63,111 nt of DNA from a virus (Duplodnaviria; Caudoviricetes). The DNA lies in the IMG/VR virus record IMGVR_UViG_3300048898_000040, positions 1 through 63,111 of that record. The stretch is one strand, 5' to 3'. The position numbers and the translations under genes were made by a program. The notes under the pieces were generated by a model. The model did not search any database. It was not told the DNA's origin and worked only from the letters and a program-made list of their open reading frames with translations. Shown here piece after piece: positions 7,271 to 17,718 of the stretch (the stretch's first letter is position 1; each line of letters starts with the position of its first letter).

Positions 7271-9670
7271 CTACGCCTTCCCGGGCCAGCCCACGACACG
7301 CATACGCATGACGAAGGTGTTCCCCTCTTTACGAACGTTGAGAATCTTGTAGTTCAGACCAGTTCCGAGCAGCATCTCGTTCTCACCGGGGTGCTTGGAG
7401 AACGGCGCGATGCTACCGTCTTCGTTCTTCAGTTTGTCCACGTACATCATCGGAGTGCCGGGCGGGCATTCGATCTCCAGCGCTACCTCGCCGCCGAACG
7501 CGGCCCGACCAGCAGCGCTGGTGCTGAGGAAGCCCTTGTCTTCGAAGGTCTTTCCGGTGAGACCCCACAGCAGGTTGGTTTCCCCGCGATCCACTCCTAG
7601 CTGAATGAACTGATTAGCCCCAGTGCCTCGGCGTACGAGGATGTGCTCCGGGCTGGGCCGCATTCCGCGCTGAGCCTGCGAGATGGCCGAGAGATCTGTC
7701 CCGGTGGCCTTCCTGATCCCGCGCAGATGCCCGTTCATCTCGGTATAGGCGCTACCGGTATAGTGCCGGATACCCTGGAACTCTCCGGGACCGAACGGCT
7801 TGGCCTTGAGCATGCGCTGTTGCAGGTCCAGCGCCTTGGTCGGTGTCATCTCCTGGAACAGCGCACTATCAGCCGGGAGCGGTGGCTGGTTAGCCTCGAG
7901 CTCCTTGGCTAGCTTCTCAGCCTCCGCCTTCTTCTTTATCTGCTCGGCGAGCTTGGCCTTCTCGGCTTCTTTGATCTTGATGTGCGCGGTGCCCTCGGGC
8001 GTTGTGAGCCAGGTAGCTACCTTCTTCTCGAACAGATGGCCGTTTTCGACGCCTGCTTTTTTGGCACCCTCTTCGTCGATGACCCGCAGCAATTGCAGCA
8101 GGCTGAGATCATGGCCGAACTCCTTCATCTGGAGCTGGACATTTACCAGGCCGTCATAGTTAGAACCGGAGGGGCTGCTGAGATACGACTGAAAACCGGT
8201 GGATTTGAACTTGCTGAAGATCGACTGCTTAGTGGTGTCCTCTATACCGGACACCTCGCCGGACTGCGCCGCCTCTGCGACCACCGCTTTCGGAACAGCC
8301 TTGCCGGTGTCGGCTAGCGGGGTCTCGAACTTACCGTTGGCTGCGTTCCAATCATCGACAGCCTTCTTCCACGCCGTGACGCCGCCGTTGTTCTTGAAGT
8401 CCGACAGTACCGGCTTGGGAGAAGACACCGTCTTGCCCACCGAAGTGGCCGGGGTGGGCGCAGGCGTGTAGCCAGCTTCCGCCTTGGCCTCGACGTCCTT
8501 CTTCTTATCCTCGAGAGTCTTAGCCGCACCGCTCTTCTTGAGCGTGTCCGCTTGCGGCTGGAACGCGCCCTGCTTGGCGAGCTGCTTCTTAAGGGTGCTC
8601 AGCTTCTTACCACTGGCCAGATAGTTGGCAATAGCCTGCTTCTGCTTTGCCGGGTTCAGCCCGCCGGTCTTCAGCCCCACCTCGATAGCGATGGCCTGAT
8701 CCAGGTCCGGGTCCTTGGTGTACAGCGTCCACTTACCATTGCTGGCCGCAACTATCTTGTCCTTGGCAATGATGTACGCGCTGGCCACGTCCTCATCGCT
8801 GTAATGCTTAGCAGGAGCAGCAGCCACCGCCGCAGCCACCTCGGTCTTTATCTCCTTGGTCACCTTCGGCGTAGCCGTCGTCGGAACCCCGTTCGGCTTG
8901 GGGTCGGCGCTGGTCGCCTTCACCTGCGGCTTGGTCAGTGGGCTGTTCGGAGCGGTCTGCTTGACCGGAGCGGGCTTACCCTCCGGGACCTTGTACTTAC
9001 CGGAGACGACCTTCTTCTTCAGCGCACTTAGCTTATTGCCATCGGCCTTGTACGCATCAATCTTGGCCTTGACCTCATCACCGGTGTAGCCGGTAGCCTC
9101 GCCAATCTTCGCGTACACCAGTTTGTCCAACTCAGGGTTGGCACCCTGAATGCCCACCCCCTTCTCCTTCGCCAGGTCATCCTTGATCTTAACGAACATC
9201 GCGGCCACGTCTTCGTGACTCATGCTCCCAACGGAGTCACTGCCTGCGCTGACTGCGGAGGAAGGAGTGGGGGAGGCCGGACTCTCCTTGGCATGCGGGA
9301 TGCTGGTCTTAAGATGAGCGCTCTTGATCCAAGCCGCGCCGTTGCTCGGCTGGTAATTTGGGACCTCCAGCCGGTTACCAGTTGCCCCGTACACCACGGC
9401 TTTCATCTTATTGCCGGAGGTTACGACATAGCCGCGCCCATCGTGGTTGATGGCGGTATAGGCGAGAACCTTGGTGCCGCTAGGTATCTCTCCTTTCTCG
9501 ACCTTGGCAACGATGACGCCCCACTCGCCCAGCAGCTTGCTCTTGTTGAACTCGGCCTCCGTCTGCGGACTGCCGGTGCTGTGTGCGCCCATCTCCTGCT
9601 GCGCCTTGAAGGAGACCGAGCAGGTCTCCTCTTCGGTGCCCTTATACGGGTCGACGTAGCTATAAGCCAC
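7271..9670 (-). CDS. Large protein with a C-terminal VIP2-like (R-STS-ExE) ADP-ribosyltransferase domain
   Basis: YTGSAYTEMNGHLRG, LVRRG, KGFLSTS and ENEMLL motifs. Confidence 0.85.
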   Translation of the reverse strand: MAYSYVDPYKGTEEETCSVSFKAQQEMGAHSTGSPQTEAEFNKSKLLGEWGVIVAKVEKGEIPSGTKVLAYTAINHDGRGYVVTSGNKMKAVVYGATGNRLEVPNYQPSNGAAWIKSAHLKTSIPHAKESPASPTPSSAVSAGSDSVGSMSHEDVAAMFVKIKDDLAKEKGVGIQGANPELDKLVYAKIGEATGYTGDEVKAKIDAYKADGNKLSALKKKVVSGKYKVPEGKPAPVKQTAPNSPLTKPQVKATSADPKPNGVPTTATPKVTKEIKTEVAAAVAAAPAKHYSDEDVASAYIIAKDKIVAASNGKWTLYTKDPDLDQAIAIEVGLKTGGLNPAKQKQAIANYLASGKKLSTLKKQLAKQGAFQPQADTLKKSGAAKTLEDKKKDVEAKAEAGYTPAPTPATSVGKTVSSPKPVLSDFKNNGGVTAWKKAVDDWNAANGKFETPLADTGKAVPKAVVAEAAQSGEVSGIEDTTKQSIFSKFKSTGFQSYLSSPSGSNYDGLVNVQLQMKEFGHDLSLLQLLRVIDEEGAKKAGVENGHLFEKKVATWLTTPEGTAHIKIKEAEKAKLAEQIKKKAEAEKLAKELEANQPPLPADSALFQEMTPTKALDLQQRMLKAKPFGPGEFQGIRHYTGSAYTEMNGHLRGIRKATGTDLSAISQAQRGMRPSPEHILVRRGTGANQFIQLGVDRGETNLLWGLTGKTFEDKGFLSTSAAGRAAFGGEVALEIECPPGTPMMYVDKLKNEDGSIAPFSKHPGENEMLLGTGLNYKILNVRKEGNTFVMRMRVVGWPGKA

Positions 9671-9878
9671 GAGCCAGCCTCCGGTTCCGCTCCCGAGCCT
9701 TGCGGAGCTTGCTGAGCACCACGTAGCGCTGGTGTGGCGTCAGGTGCGGCCAGACCTTGTCGCGGTAGGTGGCCGCCGCCTGAATGGCCAGCAGCATCTT
9801 GGCCGGGTCTGCCCCTGTCCGTACGGTCACGCGCGCCAGCTCGGAGATGGCGGCTTCGAGCTCCGGGCTTATGGGCAT
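9660..9878 (-). CDS. Small basic hypothetical protein
   Basis: 72 aa ORF overlapping both neighbours. Confidence 0.55.
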   Translation of the reverse strand: MPISPELEAAISELARVTVRTGADPAKMLLAIQAAATYRDKVWPHLTPHQRYVVLSKLRKARERNRRLARGL

Positions 9879-10783
9879 AGCAGCTCGCTCGCGGGGGCGT
9901 GTGTGTACACCTTCTCGTCGAGGTACGCGTTGTATTCTCCGGCCAGGAAGTTCTCGATGAACTCGTCCTCGCCTAGCTGCTCGGGCGTTTGGTAGCAGAG
10001 GCAGTTGGGGTGACTACGCGGTCGCTGACCGACGGGGTACACCCCGTGTCCCAGGCCGTGAATATCCTGCTGAGCATATGTGTTGCACTCGTCTGGCTTC
10101 GGATGGCTGCGAGAAAGGTTCCACCGCATGCCCGTTGTCCAAGGCTCGTCGGCATATCGCTCGGCCTGACTGGTCTGATAGGCATGGTTGATCTCCGTTC
10201 GGGCCAGTCGATGCGCGGCATAGCTGACCCCACCGGCCACGTCCGGCAGGATGAGGTCTTTGACAGACTTGGCGATGGCCTTGGCGTTGTTGCCCAGGAG
10301 GAGACCCCGCTTGACAGTACGGTCCACCAGCCCGGTGGCAAGCGCCTGGCTCTTGTACACCGCGCGACTGAGTGGGATGCCGTTCTTGCTCTTGGCCAGC
10401 ACCGCCACGATGCCCTGCTTGGCCTGCTGCCTCCAGGCGGCCAGGAACGGGGCCGGGTTAGCGCCAGCCTTCGTGAACGTCGACAGTAGAACATCCTGTG
10501 CCGCCTCTGCCGCCCGAAGGTAGCCCGTCTCCACCCCCGAGCGGGTTACGCGCCCCAGATCGCCCCACAGAGCCGATTGCGCCACCTTCAGCTCGCGCAG
10601 TACGAGGGCTAATTGCGCCGCCTTCACGGTGCCGCCAGTGGTGTGCTGTTCTATGAGCTTGGGGATGAGCCGTTCGGCCTCTTGAGCACCATCGGTCAAG
10701 ATGTCGTCTAGCTCCTTCTTGGTGATGCCATATTGCGCCAGCACGTCGAGTAGCGGCTGGTTGCGCGGAATAGGCTGGGCCAT
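9869..10783 (-). CDS. MuF-like minor head protein
   Basis: RLARTEINHAY, W...SH...DECN and HPNCLCY motifs; follows the portal. Confidence 0.8.
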   Translation of the reverse strand: MAQPIPRNQPLLDVLAQYGITKKELDDILTDGAQEAERLIPKLIEQHTTGGTVKAAQLALVLRELKVAQSALWGDLGRVTRSGVETGYLRAAEAAQDVLLSTFTKAGANPAPFLAAWRQQAKQGIVAVLAKSKNGIPLSRAVYKSQALATGLVDRTVKRGLLLGNNAKAIAKSVKDLILPDVAGGVSYAAHRLARTEINHAYQTSQAERYADEPWTTGMRWNLSRSHPKPDECNTYAQQDIHGLGHGVYPVGQRPRSHPNCLCYQTPEQLGEDEFIENFLAGEYNAYLDEKVYTHAPASELLCP

Positions 10784-10784
10784 A

Positions 10785-11051
10785 TCACTCGCCCTCCCAC
10801 GCCTCGGTCACCTTTTGCTCCGCCACGGCCAGCAGGCCCTCTGCCACGTGCGGCAGGAGAGAGCCGTCCTTCATGCAGAGGTAGTACTCCGCGCGGGGAT
10901 CGCCCTCGCTGTCCACGCTGACCATGCATACGATGGCCAGCCAGTCTCCGAGCACTCCGACATCGCCCCCGCCTTCGAAAGGAAGAGAACTGACCCATTC
11001 CTCGAGGGAACGTGCCACCTGGGCGTTCGCCTCCTGGCCCGCCCAGCTCAT
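10785..11051 (-). CDS. Hypothetical protein
   Basis: ATG overlaps the portal stop; 88 aa. Confidence 0.55.
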   Translation of the reverse strand: MSWAGQEANAQVARSLEEWVSSLPFEGGGDVGVLGDWLAIVCMVSVDSEGDPRAEYYLCMKDGSLLPHVAEGLLAVAEQKVTEAWEGE

Positions 11052-12601
11052 TCCTGCGGCCCTGCGTCCAGGCCGCCATCGTCCGGGTTCTGGCCCGCTT
11101 GCTCCTGCGCCGCACGATCCTCGAGGGAGGTGTCGCCCCCGGCAGCCGCTGCCTCCGCTGTAATCTCGGCCAGCACGAGGTCTCCCTCTCGCGGATCGAA
11201 CACTCCGGTGAAGCCCTTCTTCTCCAGGTACTGCCGGGCACTGCCTGCGCTGAGGATGTGCGTGAGGACCAGGCTGTTGACCATGTCCACCTCGGCCTTG
11301 CGGTTCACCGGGAGTTTGTCCCCGAGCGCCGGTAACACCGTGACGTCGGTGAAGTTCATGCCCTCGAAGGCCGGGAACCACATCTGCACCAGGTCGTAGA
11401 ACATCTGGGCGTGCACATCCAGGATGATCTGGTCCTGCTCCTCGGCCAAGCTGAGGGTGGGCCCGAGCCGGAGCTGCAAGGCGATACCGCTCTCGGCCTC
11501 AGTGACCTCGATACGCCCGCGCGCCGCGTCGGTGGCTCCGGTAGCGTCAGCCATGTAGCCCTCGAGACGGCCGAGGTGTTCGGTGTACGGCTGAAGCCCC
11601 GTCAGCCCCTCGACCTTGCGCAGGCCCTTGCTGTTTTCGATGACCGCGCCCGGGTAGATGGCCCAGGTGGTGAGATTGCCCTGTGCGTCTCGAGGGCTCC
11701 CGGCCTCGTCAGTGGCGTACACACCAAGCCCCATGAGCGCGAGCGCCAAGTCCTCGTCTGTCATGCCCTGGTTCAGCCCGGCTTGCAGCACCTCGAGGCC
11801 GCGCATGGGGCTGGTACCGAACACTTCCCCGGTCTCTGGGCGGTGCGGGATGTGGTACACCGGGAAGGCCGTTATCTGCGGAGGAAGGAGGGAGGCGGGG
11901 ACAACGTTGGCCACCGGTTCTGCCGCGTCGTCGTCGAACCGCCACAGGAACCACTTGTCCGGCTCCCACAGGTCGACAACGGACTGAATCTGCCCGTTCT
12001 CCTGGCGGATGTAGCGCTGCGTGCGGACGCGCTGGTCCTCACCTACCACGACCAGTTCGGCCAGCACCACCATGACGAGTTTGTCCGGGTCCCCGCCCTC
12101 GACCGTCTCGTCCTCGTAAACCGGGAAGTAGCTCTGCGCCTTGAACGGTACGAGGCTGAGGCGCTGTCCCGCAGGCTTGGTGGCGTCCGCCGTGATGTGC
12201 CAGCCCCAGTCACCTTCGATGATGCCATCGCGCTTGGCGGCGGCGTACCGGCTGTTGAATCGCTCCCGGGTGAACAGGTCCGTGAAAGCCTTTTTCGCCT
12301 CCAGCTGAGTGTTCTCATTCCCGGTGCTGCTCTCGGTCTGGAAGGTCAGCTTGGGTCCGACGTAGCGGTTGAGCGTATCGACCACCACCCGGCTGCTCGG
12401 CACGTACAGCGGCATGTCTTCCGCGTCCAGGCCCCGGTTCATCACCTTGTAGTCGCTCGCGATGTGCGACCAGTAGATCTCCCGGTATACCTGGTACGCC
12501 GCAATGCGCAGTTGGTGGTCCGGCGGCACCCATCCGGGCAGATTCTTCACGAACTGCTGAGCACTGGACCACTTGCTGAAAGCCGGATATTGCGTCGCCA
12601 C
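11048..12601 (-). CDS. Portal protein
   Basis: ~517 aa directly after TerL; AESGIALQLRLGP motif; GTG start after GGAGG-like RBS. Confidence 0.85.
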   Translation of the reverse strand: MATQYPAFSKWSSAQQFVKNLPGWVPPDHQLRIAAYQVYREIYWSHIASDYKVMNRGLDAEDMPLYVPSSRVVVDTLNRYVGPKLTFQTESSTGNENTQLEAKKAFTDLFTRERFNSRYAAAKRDGIIEGDWGWHITADATKPAGQRLSLVPFKAQSYFPVYEDETVEGGDPDKLVMVVLAELVVVGEDQRVRTQRYIRQENGQIQSVVDLWEPDKWFLWRFDDDAAEPVANVVPASLLPPQITAFPVYHIPHRPETGEVFGTSPMRGLEVLQAGLNQGMTDEDLALALMGLGVYATDEAGSPRDAQGNLTTWAIYPGAVIENSKGLRKVEGLTGLQPYTEHLGRLEGYMADATGATDAARGRIEVTEAESGIALQLRLGPTLSLAEEQDQIILDVHAQMFYDLVQMWFPAFEGMNFTDVTVLPALGDKLPVNRKAEVDMVNSLVLTHILSAGSARQYLEKKGFTGVFDPREGDLVLAEITAEAAAAGGDTSLEDRAAQEQAGQNPDDGGLDAGPQE

Positions 12602-12646
12602 GCTTCCTCCTCTACACGGCGGCACGACATGGCCGCTGCGGGCATT

Positions 12647-14245
12647 CTACCGGCGGGCGTACCGGCGCGGCCGAGCCGTGCGTCCGGCCCTGCCCAGCGC
12701 GTCCGACATGCGCGGCGACTGGCTGGTGATGAGCCCGTGTCCGGCGAAGAAGCGGCCGAGCGCCTCCGGGACGTGGTTGTCCTTGTCCTCCGGCACCTCA
12801 GTACCGTTGGGCCCCATCCGCTTGCGCTTCTCCGGCCACTTGTAGGCATCCATCTCGTACCGGCCGTGCGTACAGGAGCGGTCGAAGCGCAGCCACGGCA
12901 CCCGCTCATCGTGCTTCCACGGCAGGTGCGGGTTCCGGTGCTTCAGCTTCTGCTCGATGGCCTCGATACGCGGTTTGATCTGGGACTGCGTACCGCCGAA
13001 GGCCGGGAGTCGCCAGTGCTCGCACAGCGTGGCCGTCGCCCCCGGGTCAGCGGGCTCCGGGTAGATACCCTTCGCATTGCGCACCAGCCACGAGAGCCGC
13101 CCGTCGTTCAGCACGTCGATGGCGAACTCCTCGGCCGTGCGGTGCGTGCGGTAGTACTCGGCTATGACGTTGATCTCACCGTGCGGCCCAGGCTGAATGA
13201 ACAGCGCCACGTTCGGGTCCGTGTAGCCGTAGTCGGTGGCTATGTACAACGGCCACTGCGGATTGTACGGCAGGTCCGTGACGTGCTTGTCCTCGTCCCA
13301 TGCCTTGAAGACCCGACCGACGTGCTCGCTGAAGCTGGCCTCGACTTCCTGGGAGAAGGCTTCCGGCGTCAAGTCTCGTGCCATTGCGATGATTTCCGGG
13401 TCAACGTTCAGTGCGCCTAGCGTGGCATCTTCAACGTCCGAACCGTGCTCCAGCAGCTTCTTCATCACCTCGACGTCTTCTGCCGTGGTGTACTTACGGA
13501 AGACGGCGGTGTTGACCCAGGAAGGATGCCGCCAGCTAGCCCACTCCGACTGGCGCGGGTCCTGCCCCGCCTGATAGATGTCGTAGAACCAGTTCTTACC
13601 CTCCGGGGTGGTGTTCCACACGCTCTCGCCCACGAAGTCGGCCAGGGTGGGTCGGATGAACCGCTGCCAGACCGACTCCTTGAGCTTTGCTGCCTCGCTC
13701 ATGATGACGCCGTGCAGACCTTCCCCGACCAGGGACTCTGGGTGCGCGCCACTCTTAGCGTGCAGGATGAACGCGCCCTCCCACAGGCTCACGCTCATGT
13801 TTCCCTTGGGGTCGTAGTACGTGCCCGGCTTGTCGAACGGCATGCCCTTGCGACGGCAGTCGTTGTAGAAGACCCGGAACTCCTTCTCACTGTCCGTGTA
13901 GTTCGGACCAACGATCCAGTACTCCGCCCGGATACCCAGGTCGTCTAGGATGGGCTTCATAGCGCGCGCACTGATGGCCCACGGCATGAGCTCCCGACCG
14001 CCTGCGACCGACTTGCCGGTACGCCGCCCGGCGCAGTTGACCCGGTGTCTCGTCCGGGAACGGTGCACCTTGCGCTGAGCGAGGTTGGGCTGATACTTGA
14101 GCTCCCGCCACAGCTTCACCTTGCTCAGGTTGGCCGTCTTCACTGCGGCCTCCTCCTGCACAGATGACTGTGCCCGCTGTACCCCAGCCAACACATCTTG
14201 CAGCACGTCTTCCCGCGTTTGTCCGTCGCGCGCCCGCATCGACAC
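12647..14245 (-). CDS. terL: Terminase large subunit
   Basis: Walker A GRRTGKS, Walker B-like VIMSEAA, TTPEGKNWFY, nuclease DYGYTDP...DNHVPEAL. Confidence 0.9.
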   Translation of the reverse strand: MSMRARDGQTREDVLQDVLAGVQRAQSSVQEEAAVKTANLSKVKLWRELKYQPNLAQRKVHRSRTRHRVNCAGRRTGKSVAGGRELMPWAISARAMKPILDDLGIRAEYWIVGPNYTDSEKEFRVFYNDCRRKGMPFDKPGTYYDPKGNMSVSLWEGAFILHAKSGAHPESLVGEGLHGVIMSEAAKLKESVWQRFIRPTLADFVGESVWNTTPEGKNWFYDIYQAGQDPRQSEWASWRHPSWVNTAVFRKYTTAEDVEVMKKLLEHGSDVEDATLGALNVDPEIIAMARDLTPEAFSQEVEASFSEHVGRVFKAWDEDKHVTDLPYNPQWPLYIATDYGYTDPNVALFIQPGPHGEINVIAEYYRTHRTAEEFAIDVLNDGRLSWLVRNAKGIYPEPADPGATATLCEHWRLPAFGGTQSQIKPRIEAIEQKLKHRNPHLPWKHDERVPWLRFDRSCTHGRYEMDAYKWPEKRKRMGPNGTEVPEDKDNHVPEALGRFFAGHGLITSQSPRMSDALGRAGRTARPRRYARR

Positions 14246-14338
14246 CTCATCGGAACGTGTTTCGGAAGTACCAGGCCAGCCAGCACATCGTGCCGAAGAT
14301 GCCGACCACTATGCCAGCGATGACGCACAAGATGATCT

Positions 14339-14788
14339 TCACGGCGTCACCACGTATTCCGCGCTGACCAGCACCCCCGTGTCCACGCACTCCCACGCGC
14401 TGAGCTGCCACTGCGCGGCCCGACCGATGACCTGCCCGAGCCCGGCCGTGATGTCGGTGAACTCCGGGTACACGATGAGGTAATACATGCCGGTGTTGAA
14501 CGCGCCGCGCATGTCCTCCTCGCTCGGGTCCGACTTGCCGCCCGGGTGCGAGTGGTACCAGGCGAGCGGCTTGCCGCCCTGCTCGTCCATCATGTCGAAC
14601 GCGCGCCGGACGTCCCTCGGTGCCGTCCGGTAGTACTTGGTCGGCTCTGGGTGAATGTTGGGCAGGGGGTGCACCGTCTGCGCGCGCAGCCCCTCATTAG
14701 CCCACACGAGCCCGCAGACCTCCTGTTGGGGCTGGGCAGCAGCCTCCCGAATAAGAGCCTGTACGGTCGACTTGTTAAGGCGTAGCAT
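14339..14788 (-). CDS. JAB/MPN+ (JAMM, M67) metallo-isopeptidase
   Basis: EVCGL...WYHSHPGGKSDPSEED (HxHx7Sx2D); ATG preceded by AGGAG. Confidence 0.85.
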   Translation of the reverse strand: MLRLNKSTVQALIREAAAQPQQEVCGLVWANEGLRAQTVHPLPNIHPEPTKYYRTAPRDVRRAFDMMDEQGGKPLAWYHSHPGGKSDPSEEDMRGAFNTGMYYLIVYPEFTDITAGLGQVIGRAAQWQLSAWECVDTGVLVSAEYVVTP

Positions 14789-14914
14789 CGGTCTCCTATC
14801 GTCAAAAAGCTCGACCCCGGCCGACTTAGCCCGACTGACCGCGTAACCGTCACGTACCGATTCAACGCGCGCCAGGACACTGTCCGACACCGAGGTCGAG
14901 CTTCACTCTTCAGC

Positions 14915-15040
14915 TTAGCAGTGCCCACGCTTCCGACGTAGGCCGTTGCTAATCTTAGCAGCCTTCGTCTTGCTGTAGCCCTTCCGCTTCAGCGCGCGGT
15001 ATACGCGCGGGCACTTGATGCTGTTGTCTCCGCGTGCCAT
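14915..15040 (-). CDS. Small basic hypothetical protein (41 aa)
   Basis: MARGDNSIKCPRVYRALKRKGYSKTKAAKISNG...; preceded by GAGG. Confidence 0.5.
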   Translation of the reverse strand: MARGDNSIKCPRVYRALKRKGYSKTKAAKISNGLRRKRGHC

Positions 15041-15047
15041 TGCTACC

Positions 15048-15302
15048 TCATTTCTGCGGTGGATGGTACGGCGACCACTGACCCGACGAGTAGTGATACC
15101 CCGGCGTCAGGGGCGATGCATCCGGGAGCTGCTTCAGCACCATGCGCCCGTGGTTGTGCAGGGCCACGAGGATGTACACCGGGAACCACAGGCCCAGCGT
15201 GAACAGGCACAGGATCCAGTGCAGCAGGTGGTTCGTCTTGGCCGGAACGTACTGATAGCCCATGATACCTTCTCCTGAGATGTAGTGACTCATGCGTTCC
15301 AC
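15048..15302 (-). CDS. Small membrane protein
   Basis: NHLLHWILCLFTLGLWFPVYILV hydrophobic motif. Confidence 0.6.
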   Translation of the reverse strand: MERMSHYISGEGIMGYQYVPAKTNHLLHWILCLFTLGLWFPVYILVALHNHGRMVLKQLPDASPLTPGYHYSSGQWSPYHPPQK

Positions 15303-15312
15303 GATACCAAGA

Positions 15313-16005
15313 TCAATCCTCCTCAGGGCGGTCCATTCCCTGACGCTCCGCGTAGCCCGCGTAGCGACGCCGCAGGTGTTCGGGCACGCCGGTGTCCGTG
15401 TCCGAGCCCATCACGTTGACTATCATCTGCTCCCAAGGCGCTTCCTGCTTGATGGTGATGTCCTTGGGGATGCCGCCGAACACCCGCTCCATGGCGTACT
15501 GAAGCATCTTGGCGCGCGTCTCCGGCTTCAGGTCCCGGCTCTGCGCCATGGCCAGGTACTGCTTGGCCACCGTGATGACGTCCTTATCGAACAGCTCCTG
15601 GAAGCGACGCTTGAGCTCGCGCTGGCAGGCTAGGTGGAACTCGCGCGGCACCAGCGCAGGCGGCCGACCCCGAAACCCACCATCGTCAGACTTAAGCTGC
15701 CCGCGCGCCAGCTCTTCTTCGTCCAGTCCCTCCGTGAACTCCGCCCAGGTGTACTCACCGTTCTTTATGTCCTGGACGATAGCCGACCAGCGTTTCCCCA
15801 GCTGAACCGACACTGTTCGTGGTCTGCGGTCGCGGTCGAACCCGGCCACCGTGTTGTTCTTGCCTGCGGGTGGCCGGGCCGGTTGTGCCTCTATCGGTCC
15901 GAGTGGAGCCTCTCGGGGGCGTCGGGGCCTGCGCCGAGGGGCCGGGGAGGGCACTTCCTCCGCCGACCCCTGCGCGCCAGTCGTGCGTCTAGGTGTCCAT
16001 CCCAT
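15313..16005 (-). CDS. Candidate terminase small subunit
   Basis: LDEEELARGQ...GGFRGRPP motif, helical, upstream of TerL. Confidence 0.5.
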   Translation of the reverse strand: MGWTPRRTTGAQGSAEEVPSPAPRRRPRRPREAPLGPIEAQPARPPAGKNNTVAGFDRDRRPRTVSVQLGKRWSAIVQDIKNGEYTWAEFTEGLDEEELARGQLKSDDGGFRGRPPALVPREFHLACQRELKRRFQELFDKDVITVAKQYLAMAQSRDLKPETRAKMLQYAMERVFGGIPKDITIKQEAPWEQMIVNVMGSDTDTGVPEHLRRRYAGYAERQGMDRPEED

Positions 16006-16959
16006 ACCGGTAGTCTACCGCCTGCGCGCCCAGCGGTAGTCCTTGCAGGAGCACGCTGTGCAGCGTGCCAGCCGCACTGAACGAAGTCAGCACGGCATGC
16101 TGTACCGGCGTAGCGAACGGCTGCCCGTTCATGTCGATACCGACCACGTACTGCTGCCCGGTCTGCACCTCCACCGGCGGGTCAAACGGCAGGTTCTGAG
16201 TGCTCATCGCGGCCACGTCACCCCCACCTCCTCGAGAATACGAATGAGCTGGTCAGCCGCCCACTCGTACATGTCCGTGCACAGGATCCATGTCCGCCAC
16301 CCCTCGTCTACGGTGATCATGTAGAGGGAAGTCCCCTGGTCCACCGCCCGGTCCGGCCGCTCACTCTGCCGCATCTTCTTGTACTGCAGCCTCTCGGGCG
16401 TAGCTGTCATAGGAGCCTCCTCATTTGCTCGTTGGTGCAGAAGTCCTTGGCTCCATTCCGGAGGAACCACGCCTCCAGCTCCCCAGGAACCCACTCGAGG
16501 ACAAGCACGTTTTCTGCACGATTGATATAGGGAGAGAATTTCTCCAATGCCTTCTCGTGGGTCCACACGGCCAATGCAGAACCGCCGGACCATGGTTCAT
16601 TCACTGCCTTGCCATGGGAATGCAGAAGCACAGAGCCCGGCGGCCTCTGGTGATTTATCTCGTGATCTGCAGAGCCGCCCTTGTTAGAGCCCCACAGGAT
16701 GGCCCCTTGACCAGGCTGGCGGGCCAACCATCTACAGCCAAGATAGGTGAACCTGCTCTGGTTGAAGGTGCCGTTTCGAAGGTACCAGATCACCTCGGAT
16801 CCACCTCGCCCGTGGTCTCTCGTTCCCGCGCTGCCTCGACCGAATCGCCCGGATCCGTCGGGTTGACACGACGCATCAGGCGCGCCTCTTCGGCCGCTGT
16901 CAGCTGATGCGGCTCGGGCTGAATCGGCCCCGGATAGCCGCCGTACTCACTCGGTTCTG

Positions 16960-17235
16960 TCATTGATCCTCCTCCGTCGGAATGGTCACGTTGGCCCTCA
17001 GCATAGCGTTGACGCCCTTCTTAAGGCGGGCCGCGTGGGGAAAAGGAGAAGAAGTTCCACTGCACCACTTACCCGAATCCGCACCACACTGCCAGCACTC
17101 GAGCCTATACGTTTCCGTCAGCACGCACTTCACGACCTCGTACACCACGCGTTCGAGCGCCCCGCGCAGTGTTCCTACGTACTTAGACATGCTGACGGCG
17201 GCCCCTTCGAGACCGAACCGTCTGCGATTTCTCAT
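16960..17235 (-). CDS. Hypothetical protein with a CxxC zinc-finger motif
   Basis: CWQCGA...WC...PHAAR. Confidence 0.5.
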   Translation of the reverse strand: MRNRRRFGLEGAAVSMSKYVGTLRGALERVVYEVVKCVLTETYRLECWQCGADSGKWCSGTSSPFPHAARLKKGVNAMLRANVTIPTEEDQ

Positions 17236-17534
17236 TAGCTTCGCTAACTACTTCGGTACGGCCCTGCACCCTAAGGGTTAGTTCCTTATCCATGACCATA
17301 GCCAGCCCCTCCTTGAGGATAGCGTTGTAGGCAGCCCCTTCCCGGCCCTCCTTCTCCCGAGCATTCTTGATGCTCTCGATGTCTTCCTCTTCCTCGATGG
17401 TCAGGTAAACCTTCCTGTATCCCATGGGTCCCAACCTACACCCTTGACACAGGGACCATACGTCTTTTGGTAAAACCCCTATCCCTCATATGAGAGATAT
17501 AAGAAAGAGAGAGATCGATCCGTTTCTACTAGGC

Positions 17535-17697
17535 ATTCTCTAGATTACCCCGTAGTCCGTACGTACCTACCCCGCGGTTCTCCAAGCCCGCGCCAACCGC
17601 CAGCTTAGAATTTCCGGGCCTCGCACGTCGCGTGCGCGCACGAGCGCTCGTGAGGTCCGGATTTTTTTACGTATAGCGGCGGCGGCGGCTAGAGAAT
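17535..17697. repeat. Nested inverted-repeat element in an AT-rich non-coding region
   Basis: attctctag/ctagagaat outer arms; tccgggcctcgc/gtgaggtccgga inner arms. Confidence 0.55.
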
Positions 17698-17718
17698 CTA
17701 CCCCTAACCCCTAAACCC

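Noticed and set aside
11411-13420. Long plus-strand ORFs (e.g. 669 aa here, 2866-4452, 43865-45457, 59544-61007)
   Set aside because: They are antisense shadows of high-GC3 minus-strand genes, with no motifs or RBS.
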